DNA of 64,000 bases from Alphaproteobacteria bacterium (GTDB lineage Bacteria > Pseudomonadota > Alphaproteobacteria > UBA828), in contig CBDEFM010000002.1 in assembly GCA_965237415.1 (NCBI GenBank), positions 2,208,001-2,272,000 of the forward strand, in the 5' to 3' direction. This document shows positions 34,101-43,189 of the stretch, one piece after another (position 1 is the first letter of the stretch; the number at the start of each line of letters is the position of its first letter). The position numbers and the translations under genes are program-made. The notes beneath the pieces were generated by a model. That model was not told where the DNA came from, did not search any database, and worked only from the letters and a program-made list of their open reading frames with translations.

Positions 34101-34267
34101 ATTTACTTGGCGGTGCAGAATTGCCATACGTGGCGCCAGCTAAGGCATTGAGGCTGTATGTGGGAAGTGAAATTTTTCTTATAAAGCCCGCTCAGTATCG
34201 GTGTTTTTCTCCAGCGGCGGGCCAGTCGGACGCCGATCGAATAATCGACGACCTCATGACCTCCTAG
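31118..34267 (+). CDS. N6-adenine DNA methyltransferase, large Type IIG/HsdM-like
   Basis: HYTP, VLDPACGSGVFL (motif I), GVDI, GNPPW (motif IV), ELISSIYE. Confidence 0.9.
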   Translation: MSTATMQAFAQEALRATGYFSEDGVPAEGLMLPNADSTSTGDATRLRPILTTDRGGLGADAVFRVGTSPVILFKSSAAGPEEEEQWHRVAWNIGVAPLLWVTTPEYIKIYNAYQPPEEYGKQAPLLREFPFGADLARTYSEVGRICGRRHVAMGSFWRSEFARSINRESRVDNVLLRELEALLTALISKGIPPSLAQKLVGRCIFFQYLIHRGYLSEDELIRQFGAPNLHSLLLNVDNVYRVFRWIRLKFNGDLFPIENEDSEREQLGHSSDRLQPLSDFFGNFNISDRQGRLFPFRFDAIPVELISSIYEKFAHLATTDGISTSGIHYTPINLVDFILDPLFENVDASARVLDPACGSGVFLVESLRRLAWLRSRSKTLTREVVNDILVNQVRGVDISPAALSIAAFSLYLAVLELDPAPPSGIDALECLRFEPLQNRVLFATSAFSQELEQDLLADGPNQKFDLIVGNPPWTYDRDEKAADRELVKERRIDDTSVDPQHTTVPAEENRSGTTYARLHGLAIPARSPDWAFLWRCRDFAHSETRIALVMKATPFFSLAPNTVSAREALLRSFPNVAIINLSQLRTSRLFQEYRDENDETLKKRPRAGPALLFFSNCIPTNSDCISVMELPWSSTFARTGVFQLPAEPPKVLQLSRLRALPGLLKAAAFGTERDVWFLERLSRNEDLCTLGAWLETVQLPAGNGYQTGQTMDADHLVGLPQATARDIHFGRLRTQLPRFSDAQVHRSRNASQYKGPLVLLPEGSLARSPLRGRYTAVFDPRDIAYNESFFGISFVDHDSTFARALAAVMHSRLVGYQLALTAGTVGVKQTKVEVVDLTNIRIPRIDNCSDTLLQSLADAFDALTKCPNSDVARIAGSSIDRIVEDMAGLSDNDRNLLGDADRRAAAVFFETRSARKRMVDIPRHAEIRPYAENVCAIFNAFASEADDHVLAPQCYAQLARDVIVVKFALISRTIVTTDPDLRSAQLESLGDGLNDLLGGAELPYVAPAKALRLYVGSEIFLIKPAQYRCFSPAAGQSDADRIIDDLMTS

Positions 34268-34292
34268 TTGCAGACAGCGTCGTTGCGGGTAC

Positions 34293-34982
34293 ATGAGCGT
34301 CATAAACAAACACTTGGCGGAAGGACTACGAGGGCGCCCGCGTGGCTTCTATCGCGCTAGGCCCCAAGTACTTCGAGTTGTGCTTCAAACCTTGGAACGT
34401 GCGCTCGCTAACACGATTGCGGCTATTGGCAACGAACGCATTTATGAACCTCGCTTTACACGTCAACTATTGATTGACTTCGAACGTGCGCGGGATCAAA
34501 CTCCCGGCACACCGCGATATGACATCACTCACCAGCCGGAGTTACCGATAGCAGATAGTGATGGAGTTGTCTCCGCACTCCGGAGACTGGACTTCCGTCT
34601 TTTGTTCGTACCGCAAGTAGGGCGGACGGGGGACTATCTCTGCATCGAGTTCAAATATCTTGAGGTGACGGACCGCAGTACGGATCGTGAGTATGTAGGT
34701 GACGGCGTTGAACGTATCGTAGTCGGCGACTACGCTAGGAATCATCCATGGGCCATTATGGTCGGGTTGGAAAGAGTCGGGCCTCTTTTGCGTTCCGTTC
34801 AGAACGTCAACTCACGCCTTCTCACAACGTACGGGCACCTCCATGGGCTAAGAATCGCTCCTGATGTCAAGTTACCCCATGTCTACGCAAGTCAACACGA
34901 ACAAGGCGGGGGACCTCATGAAATTACGATCATCCATGCGTTCTATTTAATACTCTCCGAGCCGAAAGTTATAAACACATGA
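34293..34982 (+). CDS. hypothetical protein, putative PD-(D/E)XK nuclease fold
   Basis: E...RLDF...CIEFK pattern followed by Y...GVERIV..Y. Confidence 0.55.
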   Translation: MSVINKHLAEGLRGRPRGFYRARPQVLRVVLQTLERALANTIAAIGNERIYEPRFTRQLLIDFERARDQTPGTPRYDITHQPELPIADSDGVVSALRRLDFRLLFVPQVGRTGDYLCIEFKYLEVTDRSTDREYVGDGVERIVVGDYARNHPWAIMVGLERVGPLLRSVQNVNSRLLTTYGHLHGLRIAPDVKLPHVYASQHEQGGGPHEITIIHAFYLILSEPKVINT

Positions 34983-35469
34983 TTCGAGCTGCTCTACCTT
35001 TTGGATGCCATGAGGGCGTTCAGTGGAGATGGCCGATGGCAAACACTTATCGGCGGTACGCTGGGGAGTATTGACGAGAGATGGTAGAGCTGCTGCGTTC
35101 GGGCCGCATAGCCGGGAAATGTATGGCGAGCTCGGATGCTCGGCGGAAACGAACGGAATTTGAGGTCGGCTGGCAGAATATTGGTTGGCGACAAGCGAGG
35201 TTTCCGGGCCCGTAGCCTAACCGATGATTGCCTCGAATGTATGCATTGCCAAGACCGGATTGTTTGAGAAATGCGCGAGCGCATAACGGTTGTACGAACT
35301 TGTTGGCATTTGGCGCCAAGCACTTCCCCGCCGCTCCCATCCACCGGAACGACCTTCCCGTGGCGTTGAGCCTCAGCTCGAGCGCCGCCGGCCCACCGAC
35401 GTCACGCCTAGGCCTCGCAGCCTCCACACGCAAGCGATACCGCCGCGCAGTCGGCCAACCCTGCCGGCC

Positions 35470-36185
35470 CGGTCGCGCCGATGAGTCATTCCCGTTTCGC
35501 ATGGGCTCCCGCTCTGCGTAGCAGCCGCCGCACCCGCGAGCGCAAGACGCCGTCCGGACTCCACTGCGCCGCGACACTCTCCGCGCCGCACAGATCCTCG
35601 GCGACCTCGCGCGTGCTCTTGCAGGCCGCGTGCCCGTCAAGCGCAATGAGAAGCTCCCGATTCCCGTCGGCCGTTGCCTCGTTCCTTGTCAATTCCCCGT
35701 CTCCCTTGAACCGCATCCCATCGAGCCCGCACCAGGACCGAACCTCCGCTTCCACCCTCCTGACGACCGTCTTGCCGAGGTTCGGCATCCGGCGTCAATA
35801 CTCACGGCGTGGGTTCGTCAATAGCTGGCGCCGCCGGTTGTTGACCGGGATTCGGTGAACGACGCCGCCGCGAGGATTGCCGACAGCCTCGGGACCCACA
35901 TGGACCCGCCGCCGCGCGTCCCCCGTGCCCGGGCGGCCTGACGGCGTACAGGCGCTCGACGCAGGCCCAGCCGCTGCCGGGGGAACGCATCGACCCGTCC
36001 CCCAATCTCGAGGCCGCTTCGCGCCGGGTCGAAGTCGCTTGCGTCGGCCACCCGTATCTGTTCGGTCTTGCGCCGCCGCGCGACCTTGATGATGAGACCC
36101 CCGTCGGGAAGCCACAGTCCGGTGAACGTCGCCCCGGAATCGCGCACGATGCGAAACAGCGCATCCCCGCCGCAATCGGCCGGGT
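35470..36185 (-). pseudogene. DUF2285 (RovC-like DNA-binding domain) gene remnant, frameshifted and 5'-truncated
   Basis: LIALDGHAACKSTREVAEDL...W.PDGVLRSRVRRLLRRA; upstream part lies in another frame. Confidence 0.55.
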
Positions 36186-36893
36186 CGCCCGTTCCACGCG
36201 CCCCTTCTCATTGCCGCGCGCGATCGCGACGGGCTGTGCCAGGAAACGGTAGTGGCCGGCGAAGTCGAGGAACTGGGGATTGAAGCGGATGGCGTCGCCG
36301 CGGCGCTCCAGCACGACGCTCTTCAGGTTGTCGTACCAGAGCTCGCGGGGCACGCCCTGCCACGCCTCGAAGGCGTCGATATGGCCACGCAGGAAGTTGC
36401 TCATCGCGGCGTTGAGGTAGAAGCGCAGGAAGATGCGTCGCGAGAAGCTCAGAACCATCACGAAGCCCATCAGCGGGCGCTCCGCGCGACCGAGCTTCAC
36501 TTTGCCGAAGTGTCCCCAATCGACCTGGGCCTGCTCGCCGGGAAGGGTCTTGAGACGCAGATAGGCCTCGGCCACAGGCTTCGGCCGCTCGGGGGCGATC
36601 ATGTTGCGGAAGTGGCTCTGGCTCCCCTGGTAGCCGCGCTCGCACGCCATCTCGTAGAGCCGGCTGGCGGTCAGCTTCGGATAGTGAGCCAGTGTCTGGC
36701 GGATGAAGGGCATGAAGGGATCGAGCTTCGAGCGCCGGTGCCGCCTCATATGCCGAGGCACCCCGTCGTCGGCCAGAACGCGGCGGACCGTGATGTGATG
36801 GACGCCGAGTTGGTTTGCGATCGTGCCGATCTTCCACTTCTCGGCGTAATGGAGGCGCAGGATCTCCGCGCGCGTCTTCTTGTCGATGGTCAT
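36186..36893 (-). pseudogene. istA: IS21 family transposase IstA, 3'-truncated
   Basis: [21 protein letters not shown] then abrupt loss of similarity; no istB follows. Confidence 0.88.
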
Positions 36894-36894
36894 C

Positions 36895-37341
36895 TCACCC
36901 TTCTCGTGCCGGATGCCGGACCGGGCGCAGGCCCGGATGGACAAACTGCGCGCAGAACCGGCCGCAGCGATGGCAGCGGAAGACCCTGGCAGGCCGCCCG
37001 TGCCCAAAGGGTTGTGTCCCGCGACGCGTCATCGGCGTCTGTGGCACAACAGGACGACGGTGCCCGCGGGTCAAAGGGTGATGCGTCACTTTCTGCGCGC
37101 AGACCTCATTCTCCGGCACCCGACGCCGGTGCCGATCGCGATAGCGCTGCTGCCGCTGCGCGTGCTTGCGACGACCCTGGAGGCTGTCCTGATAGCGCTG
37201 CCCGCAAAGACGCTGCGCCTGCCTGCGCGCCGTCTCGCGGCAGTCCGCTGAGCAGTACATGTTGCCGTGGTCGCAGCGCGGGCAGAGAACCACCTGCCGA
37301 TCGCAGTGGGCGCAGTTGAACAGGCGGCCGAAGTTCCTCAT
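36895..37341 (-). CDS. Cys-rich zinc-finger-like ORF immediately upstream of istA
   Basis: CAHC..CPRC...YCSADC and C-terminal CHRC. Confidence 0.6.
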   Translation of the reverse strand: MRNFGRLFNCAHCDRQVVLCPRCDHGNMYCSADCRETARRQAQRLCGQRYQDSLQGRRKHAQRQQRYRDRHRRRVPENEVCAQKVTHHPLTRGHRRPVVPQTPMTRRGTQPFGHGRPARVFRCHRCGRFCAQFVHPGLRPVRHPAREG

Positions 37342-37686
37342 CGCGGCGGTCGATGAGAACGGGCTCGACCCCCGCCAAAACCCGCACGATACTGTGCATC
37401 TGGGCCGTGCCGAGCATGGCTCGGGGGGTGCGGCGCCGGCTCTTGCCACCAAGCAGACGTGGCCGGCGCCGCATCGTTCTCAGCGGCCCGAGTGTAGCCC
37501 TACCGATCTTGCTGTTCAGGTCCGAGGGGCTGCCGCCAGTTCGCCCGCCGCCACCGGAATCGCGACGCCTGCCCGCTGTGGATAGCCGGCTTGCCTTGCC
37601 AGACTCGAGGGAGTGGACGCCCCCTCCCGACGGCAGCGAATCGTGCCAAGGTGGTGGTGTCGAACCACCTGAGGGAGGAGGCCTCC

Positions 37687-38712
37687 ATGGATCAGGCTAG
37701 CATCATCGGGATCGATCTGGCGAAGCACAGCTTTCAGTTGCATGGTGCGCGGGCAGACGGGTCCGTTGTGTTCCGCAAGAAGCTGAGCCGGGGCAAGCTA
37801 CTCGACTTCCTCGCCTCGCAACCGCCCTGCGTGGTGGCGATGGAGGCCTGCGCGAGCGCTCACTATTGGGGTAGAGAGACCGAGATGCTCGGACACGAGG
37901 TCAAGCTAATCCCACCGATATATGTCAAGCCATTCGTCAAACGGCAGAAAAATGACGCGAGGGACGCGGAGGCGACTTGCGAGGCCGCGCAGCGCCCCAC
38001 CATGAGCTTGGTGGCCGTGAAGACGGAAGAGCAGCAGGCTCGAGGGATGCTGTTCCGCACACGCGACCTCCTGGTGCGCCAGCGCACGCAGACGATTAAC
38101 GCGCTACGGGGTCACCTGGCGGAGTTCGGCGTCATCGCTCCACAGGGGCCAGCTCATGTCAAGCGGCTGGAGGCGGCACTCATGGATCCGAGCTCGGGGC
38201 TACCGGAGCCGGTTCGCGAGCTGGGTGACCTACTGCTCGGTCAGGTCTCAGACCTCGATGCGAAGATCTACGATTTGGAGAAGGAGCTCCGCGTTTGCGC
38301 ACGCCAGGACGAAGAGGCGGCACGGCTCATGACGATCCCGGGCATCGGGCCGATCACGGCCATGGCAGTACAGGCTTTCGCCCCACCGATGGAGAGCTTC
38401 AGGCGCGGGCGCGACTTCGCCGCCTGGCTAGGCCTCGTGCCGCGACAGCATACGACTGGCGGCAAGCCAAGGCTTGGCAAGGTATCGAAGATGGGCCAGC
38501 GCGATCTCAGGCGGCTCTTGATCACGGGTGCCATGTCTGTAATCCAAGCGGCGGAGCGCCGTGGTGGCGAGACGAGGGATCCTTGGCTGGCCGAAATGCT
38601 GGCGCGCAAGCCGAAGATGCTCGTCGCGGTTGCGCTGGCCAACAAAATGGCGCGCGTCGCCTGGGCGGTGACGGCGAAGAAGGAGATCTATCGGGTTCCC
38701 GCAACCGCCTGA
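37687..38712 (+). CDS. IS110 family DEDD transposase/recombinase
   Basis: GIDLAK, MEAC, KNDARDA, GLVPRQHTTGGK, ALANK. Confidence 0.96.
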   Translation: MDQASIIGIDLAKHSFQLHGARADGSVVFRKKLSRGKLLDFLASQPPCVVAMEACASAHYWGRETEMLGHEVKLIPPIYVKPFVKRQKNDARDAEATCEAAQRPTMSLVAVKTEEQQARGMLFRTRDLLVRQRTQTINALRGHLAEFGVIAPQGPAHVKRLEAALMDPSSGLPEPVRELGDLLLGQVSDLDAKIYDLEKELRVCARQDEEAARLMTIPGIGPITAMAVQAFAPPMESFRRGRDFAAWLGLVPRQHTTGGKPRLGKVSKMGQRDLRRLLITGAMSVIQAAERRGGETRDPWLAEMLARKPKMLVAVALANKMARVAWAVTAKKEIYRVPATA

Positions 38713-38969
38713 CAGGGCGGACAATCGCGGGAAGCCGTCGGGGATGTGGGCAGGTCGGAGGACAGGTAAGGAGGGCATACGGTCAATGAGACCGGATCGG
38801 GAAAACCAGCACCATCCTGAGAGCGTTCAAGCTCGCAGACTCGATTTTGGACCCGGTTCGCGTATCTCCATACGGGCCAGCGGCGATCGAAATGCCGCAT
38901 CAACAGGCCGGATAGACGACAGCACCTGACCGCATGCACCGTGCCGTTCAAAGAAAAGCTTGCATTACC
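38713..38969 (+). ncRNA. putative bridge/seek RNA of the IS1111-type element
   Basis: Downstream non-coding region contains CAGACTCGA (38836-38844), identical to the left junction, and ATAGACGA (38912-38919), identical to the right-end junction. Confidence 0.65.
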
Positions 38970-39456
38970 GGGGGCGTCCATAGACGAGGGCGGTCGCTGC
39001 GACAAGCCGCCTATCCACAGCTCCGACGAGGCACGCTTCCACCCGCCAAACAAGCTGCTACATCGTCACCGCACTCACGTGCTGAATGCAGCGAATAGGC
39101 GCACTTTTGGACCGTCATCGACACGCGGGACGATGGAAGAGCACCGCGATGGTCCACCGCTACGGCGAGCGGCTGCTCGCGCGGCGAAGCGGCGCGGCGC
39201 AGCTCGCGCGTCTTCAGCATCGCGCGTAGGGGCGCGGTGGCGTATCATTGGGTGTATCGCGCCGGTGCCCGTCGGCGTCGGACCGCCCTGAATTGGTGCA
39301 AGGGGCGGTTTTCCACAGAAACGTTATCGCGAGCCAAAATCGCCGTCCGGCGCAGGGAGCGTCTCCACGCACGCAGGGCGCGGATGACACGGCGCCCGTG
39401 CCTCGGCAGGATGAAACCGTCGTCGATCCAACAGGTTGAATTGCGTTTCGGAAGGA

Positions 39457-41536
39457 CCTAGCCCAAGTTTAACAACCCGTTTCGAAGTCTGTTGTTTATC
39501 AATGCGTTGGGGAGCAGGAATTCCGCGTATGGCACTACATTTCGGTTGCCTGTGCCGGATTCGGGGTCAGACGATCATCTTCCTGATGCCTCCGGGAACG
39601 GGGTCTGCGCCGAGCGCCTGATAGATGGCCCGTTGTCGGAGCTCCGCGCGCGTCGGTTTGCGCACATGAAGGGTGCGGCCGTCCTTGCGCCGGAAGGTTG
39701 CCGTGACGCGCTGCTGGCCTTCGAGGATGCGTCGCAGGCTGGCCCAGCTTGCGCGCTCCCCCTGCTCGCCGAGGCGCCGGCGGATGGTCTGCACCAGCTG
39801 GTAGGCGATCACGGTGATGAACAGGTGCCCGTCGGAGCGCTTCTGGGTCTGGTGGAAGATGGGGCGCAGGCCGAGTTCGGATTTGAGCGAGCGGAACACG
39901 GCCTCCACATCTGTGAGCGCAGTATAAGTGCGCCACAACGTCTCCTCGTCCCAGTCCTCGACGTTGGTGCGCAGGCAGTAGACGCCGGGATGGGTGATCA
40001 TGGTGCCGGCGAGCGGGCGGCGTTCCCAAGTGACGGCGCGGGCCTTCTTTCCGCTGTCATCGGCGATGACATCGATGACGTAGTGCGCCCCGACACCGCG
40101 GCTCTTCTCCTTGATCCGGCCGATCCGCTGCCAGACATGGTCGAGCCGCTTGCGGGTGCGCGGGCGCTTGAGGCCGTCGTGGAGCTTGCGCAGCTCACCC
40201 TCGAAGCGCGCGGCGAAGCGCGCGGCAATGCCCTGTTCCGTCTTCGCCCGCGCCTCGGAGTAGCAGTAGAGCCGCACCTCTCCCCCGTCCGCCTCGACCA
40301 CCTTGTGCACATGGACCGTCTGGCGCGACCGGGTCTCGAGGGCAATCGCCAGGTCCGGGTCGAAGCGGCGGGCGCGTTCCCGGCTGACGACCAGATAGCG
40401 GTAGCCGTTCTCGCGCAGCCAGACGACATTGGCCTCGGTGGCGACCCCCGCATCCATCACCACCAGAGCGTCCGCCGGAGCATGCAAGGCGTCGAGCATG
40501 GGCGCCAGGGTCGTGTCTTCGTTGACCGCGCCCGCGAACACTTCGGACCGGCGCACGAAGCCCGCGCCGTCGAGCACCAGGCCCAGGGTGAGCAGCGGGC
40601 AATCGCTGCGCTTCTCCTTGGAGTGGCCGCGTTCGGCCTTGGGCTGGGCCGCCGCCTCACCCTCGAAGAAGGTGTTGGTCAGGTCGTACAGCGTGACCGT
40701 TTGGGGCAAGGCGAACAGGTCCGCCACCTGCTCGAACAGGTGGGCCTCGATCGCCGCGCGCCGCGCCAGCAGGGCATCGGAGGCCCGGTAGAGGCGCATC
40801 ATACTCATCCGCTCGAAGTCCACGCCCAGCAACTCGCCGAGGGCCGAACGCTCGCACAGCCAGCGCCAGCTGGCGCGCTCCGAGCCCGGTGCTGCCATGC
40901 GCGCGATGATGGTGGCCATGGCCAGCGCGCGTTGCGTGCCGTTGAAGCCGAGCCGCTCCAGCAGAGCCTCCAGGCCGAGCTGCTCCATGGCCCACAGCCC
41001 GACATTCTCGACGCCGACCGAGCGCGGGCGGATCAACTCCAGGGAACTCACATCCACCGTCTGCAGGTCGGGGCGCTCGACTGCGGCGGGCGGTGCGCGA
41101 TTGAGGAGTTGCGCGGCGATGCGCTGGGCATCCCGCTCCACCTCTTGCGGACAGGACAGCGGCACCAGTTCGCCCTGGCGCTCGAGCAGCTGCTGGATCC
41201 GGGCGCACAGCACGGGCCAGTGCCGTCGCTCGAGCGGGAAGTCGCTGCCGAGGTTGAGCAGGGTGTGCTGGCGGACCCTGTCTCCGCTGCGCTCGTTGCG
41301 CACGAGGCGGTACGAGTAATAGACGTCGCCGCGTTCGGTTGTGCGTATCTTGGCGTGCCGGATGAACATGGGCGGAGGATAACGGCGGGCCCGGCCTTTG
41401 ATAACCCCCTGACTCGAATATTATGTCACTACATCGCGCCCGTGAAACACGAAAACAAGCAAAATCAACGCGTTAGCGGATACCCGGCGCCCAAATACGC
41501 CAATTTCTGCCTCCCGAATGTTAAACTTGGGCTAGG
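39457..41536 (-). mobile_element. IS1634 family element
   Basis: Perfect 18-bp IR CCTAGCCCAAGTTTAACA / TGTTAAACTTGGGCTAGG (CTAG may be a target duplication). Confidence 0.9.
39567..41369 (-). CDS. IS1634 family transposase
   Basis: LYDLTNTFFEG, GHSKEKRSD, VMDAG, VEAVFRSLKSELGLRPIFH. Confidence 0.95.
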   Translation of the reverse strand: MFIRHAKIRTTERGDVYYSYRLVRNERSGDRVRQHTLLNLGSDFPLERRHWPVLCARIQQLLERQGELVPLSCPQEVERDAQRIAAQLLNRAPPAAVERPDLQTVDVSSLELIRPRSVGVENVGLWAMEQLGLEALLERLGFNGTQRALAMATIIARMAAPGSERASWRWLCERSALGELLGVDFERMSMMRLYRASDALLARRAAIEAHLFEQVADLFALPQTVTLYDLTNTFFEGEAAAQPKAERGHSKEKRSDCPLLTLGLVLDGAGFVRRSEVFAGAVNEDTTLAPMLDALHAPADALVVMDAGVATEANVVWLRENGYRYLVVSRERARRFDPDLAIALETRSRQTVHVHKVVEADGGEVRLYCYSEARAKTEQGIAARFAARFEGELRKLHDGLKRPRTRKRLDHVWQRIGRIKEKSRGVGAHYVIDVIADDSGKKARAVTWERRPLAGTMITHPGVYCLRTNVEDWDEETLWRTYTALTDVEAVFRSLKSELGLRPIFHQTQKRSDGHLFITVIAYQLVQTIRRRLGEQGERASWASLRRILEGQQRVTATFRRKDGRTLHVRKPTRAELRQRAIYQALGADPVPGGIRKMIV

Positions 41537-41597
41537 ATTGCCGGTACGAGACAGGGCGGCTTCCGGGTCGCCCGTCTAAAATGGCGGATTTGACACT

Positions 41598-41631
41598 TTG
41601 GCTCGCGATAACTACAGTTATCGCGAGCCAA
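41598..41631. repeat. perfect 16-bp-arm palindrome; half-site GTTATCGCGAGCCAA recurs at 39323-39337
   Basis: TTGGCTCGCGATAACT-AC-AGTTATCGCGAGCCAA read directly. Confidence 0.9.
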
Positions 41632-42787
41632 TCGATACCGGACAGACCCGTCCCGCAGCGCCCGTATTCCGCTGCAAGCAACTGTAATTCCGAGAGTAAT
41701 CGACCCGAGACCGCCTCCGCGGACACAGCGGGCGGCGCCAGCGGCTCTCGTCGCTCCCGCAAGCTCCTCGGCGCCGCGTCCCGGCGCCCTGGGCCAAGCC
41801 GCTTCACCCGGGCGGTTCCGGTGCCGGAGCGCGCTTGCGGCCGTCCCCGGATTGGCCCTCAACTCACGGAACGGACCCTGGCGCCGCCGCCCTGAACCCA
41901 GCCAGGCGACCCCGGATGTCCGCACCTTGCGCGCTCCGCGTCCCGTCATGGTCCTGCCGCCTGTCGAAGACCTCCCGCCGCCGCTCGCCGGACCGACTCC
42001 ATTACCGCCGTCCGGGGCCGAAAGAAAATGCTTCCGCAGGGAGAATCCATGCCCGTGACGCATGCGCCCGCGCATCGTCCACCGCTTTGCGGTCCGTTCG
42101 TTCGCTGCCTCGTGCAGACCCGCTTCGCCGGTCATCGCCCCCGCATCCGTGCCGGGGCCGCCAGTCGCCCCGCGGTGGATGTCTCCTGCCATGCGCACCG
42201 TATGGCCGGTCTCCTCGCCGACGCCAGATACACTCGACGGAGGCGCGCGCGGACTGTGCCGTCCGCACCTTCGGTACAGTACGCACGCCACGCTGCCGGG
42301 CGCACCACGCGACGGCCCACTTCGTCCTGTCCGGAAGGCGCGCGAGCGAACGCCCGGCGAGTGTGGACGGCTTCACCGCCGTGCCGGTCCTTCGCGTTCC
42401 GGCGACGGCGAAACCGCAGATGACGTACCTTCTCTTCTCCACCATACCGCCGGTTCCTGTGCGGAGCCGCCGGGTGCATGTGCTCTACCGATCGATCTGA
42501 GGCGGCCGCCGCGACATTCAAGGCCCTCGCGCGCCACGGCTCTCGCCGGCACGCGACCTACTCCGGGGCGCTCTGACTCCGAGGCGACACGCGAGCGCCA
42601 CGAGCCGCCCCGCGGCGCTCTACCTCACCACCGCAACCTCCACGCCCGGAACGGCGGCCCGCTCCACCGGCACCGTTCGTCGTACGGCCGTTCCGGCCAC
42701 CGGTTGCATGGCGTTCGCGAAACCGGCACGCTCATCGCACGCGCACCGTTGTTGCCGAACCCGACCGCTGTTCGAGAGGACGAGACG

Positions 42788-43063
42788 ATGAACAAGGCCG
42801 AGCTCGCCTCGCACGTCGCCGCCGAGACGTCCGTGACCAGGGCCGACGCCCAGCGGATGGTCGAAGCCGTGTTCTCCGCCATCGGCGACGCGCTTGCGCG
42901 CGACGAGCCGGTGGCCATCGCGGGGTTCGGGAAGTTCGCCGTGCGCAGCCGCGCCGCACGTAGCGCCCGCAACCCGCAGACCGGCGAGCCCGTCGCGATC
43001 GCCGCCTCGAAGGCGCCGTCGTTCAAGGCTGCTAAGGCCCTTCGCGACGCGGTCAACGTCTAG
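42788..43063 (+). CDS. HU family DNA-binding protein
   Basis: MNKAEL, GFGKF, RNPQTGE, PSFKAAKAL. Confidence 0.95.
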   Translation: MNKAELASHVAAETSVTRADAQRMVEAVFSAIGDALARDEPVAIAGFGKFAVRSRAARSARNPQTGEPVAIAASKAPSFKAAKALRDAVNV

Positions 43064-43189
43064 TGGGGCGGGCGAGGCGGTCCGGTTTCCGCCGTCCGCT
43101 CCGGCAACGCATCGGCCGCAGATACGCGCCGTCGCACTCGGCGCTACCCCAGCCAGGCGAACCATCGTCGCCCGGCGCGCGCCGCGCCC

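Larger units (their letters stand above)
37606..38984 (+). mobile_element. IS110 family, IS1111 subgroup element
   Basis: Sub-terminal IRs TGGACGCCCCC (37614-37624) and GGGGGCGTCCA (38970-38980); CGAGGG at both junctions; long 3' non-coding region. Confidence 0.88.
37575..39021. repeat. REP-like palindrome split by the IS110 insertion
   Basis: GCTGTGGATAGCCGGCTTG (37575-37593) and CAAGCCGCCTATCCACAGC (39003-39021) are 18/19 inverted. Confidence 0.8.

Noticed and set aside
31118-34267. BREX PglX or DISARM methylase
   Set aside because: No pglZ/brxC or drm genes in the window
41640-42780. Several overlapping GC-rich ORFs
   Set aside because: No recognisable motifs or convincing starts; likely decayed ICE backbone
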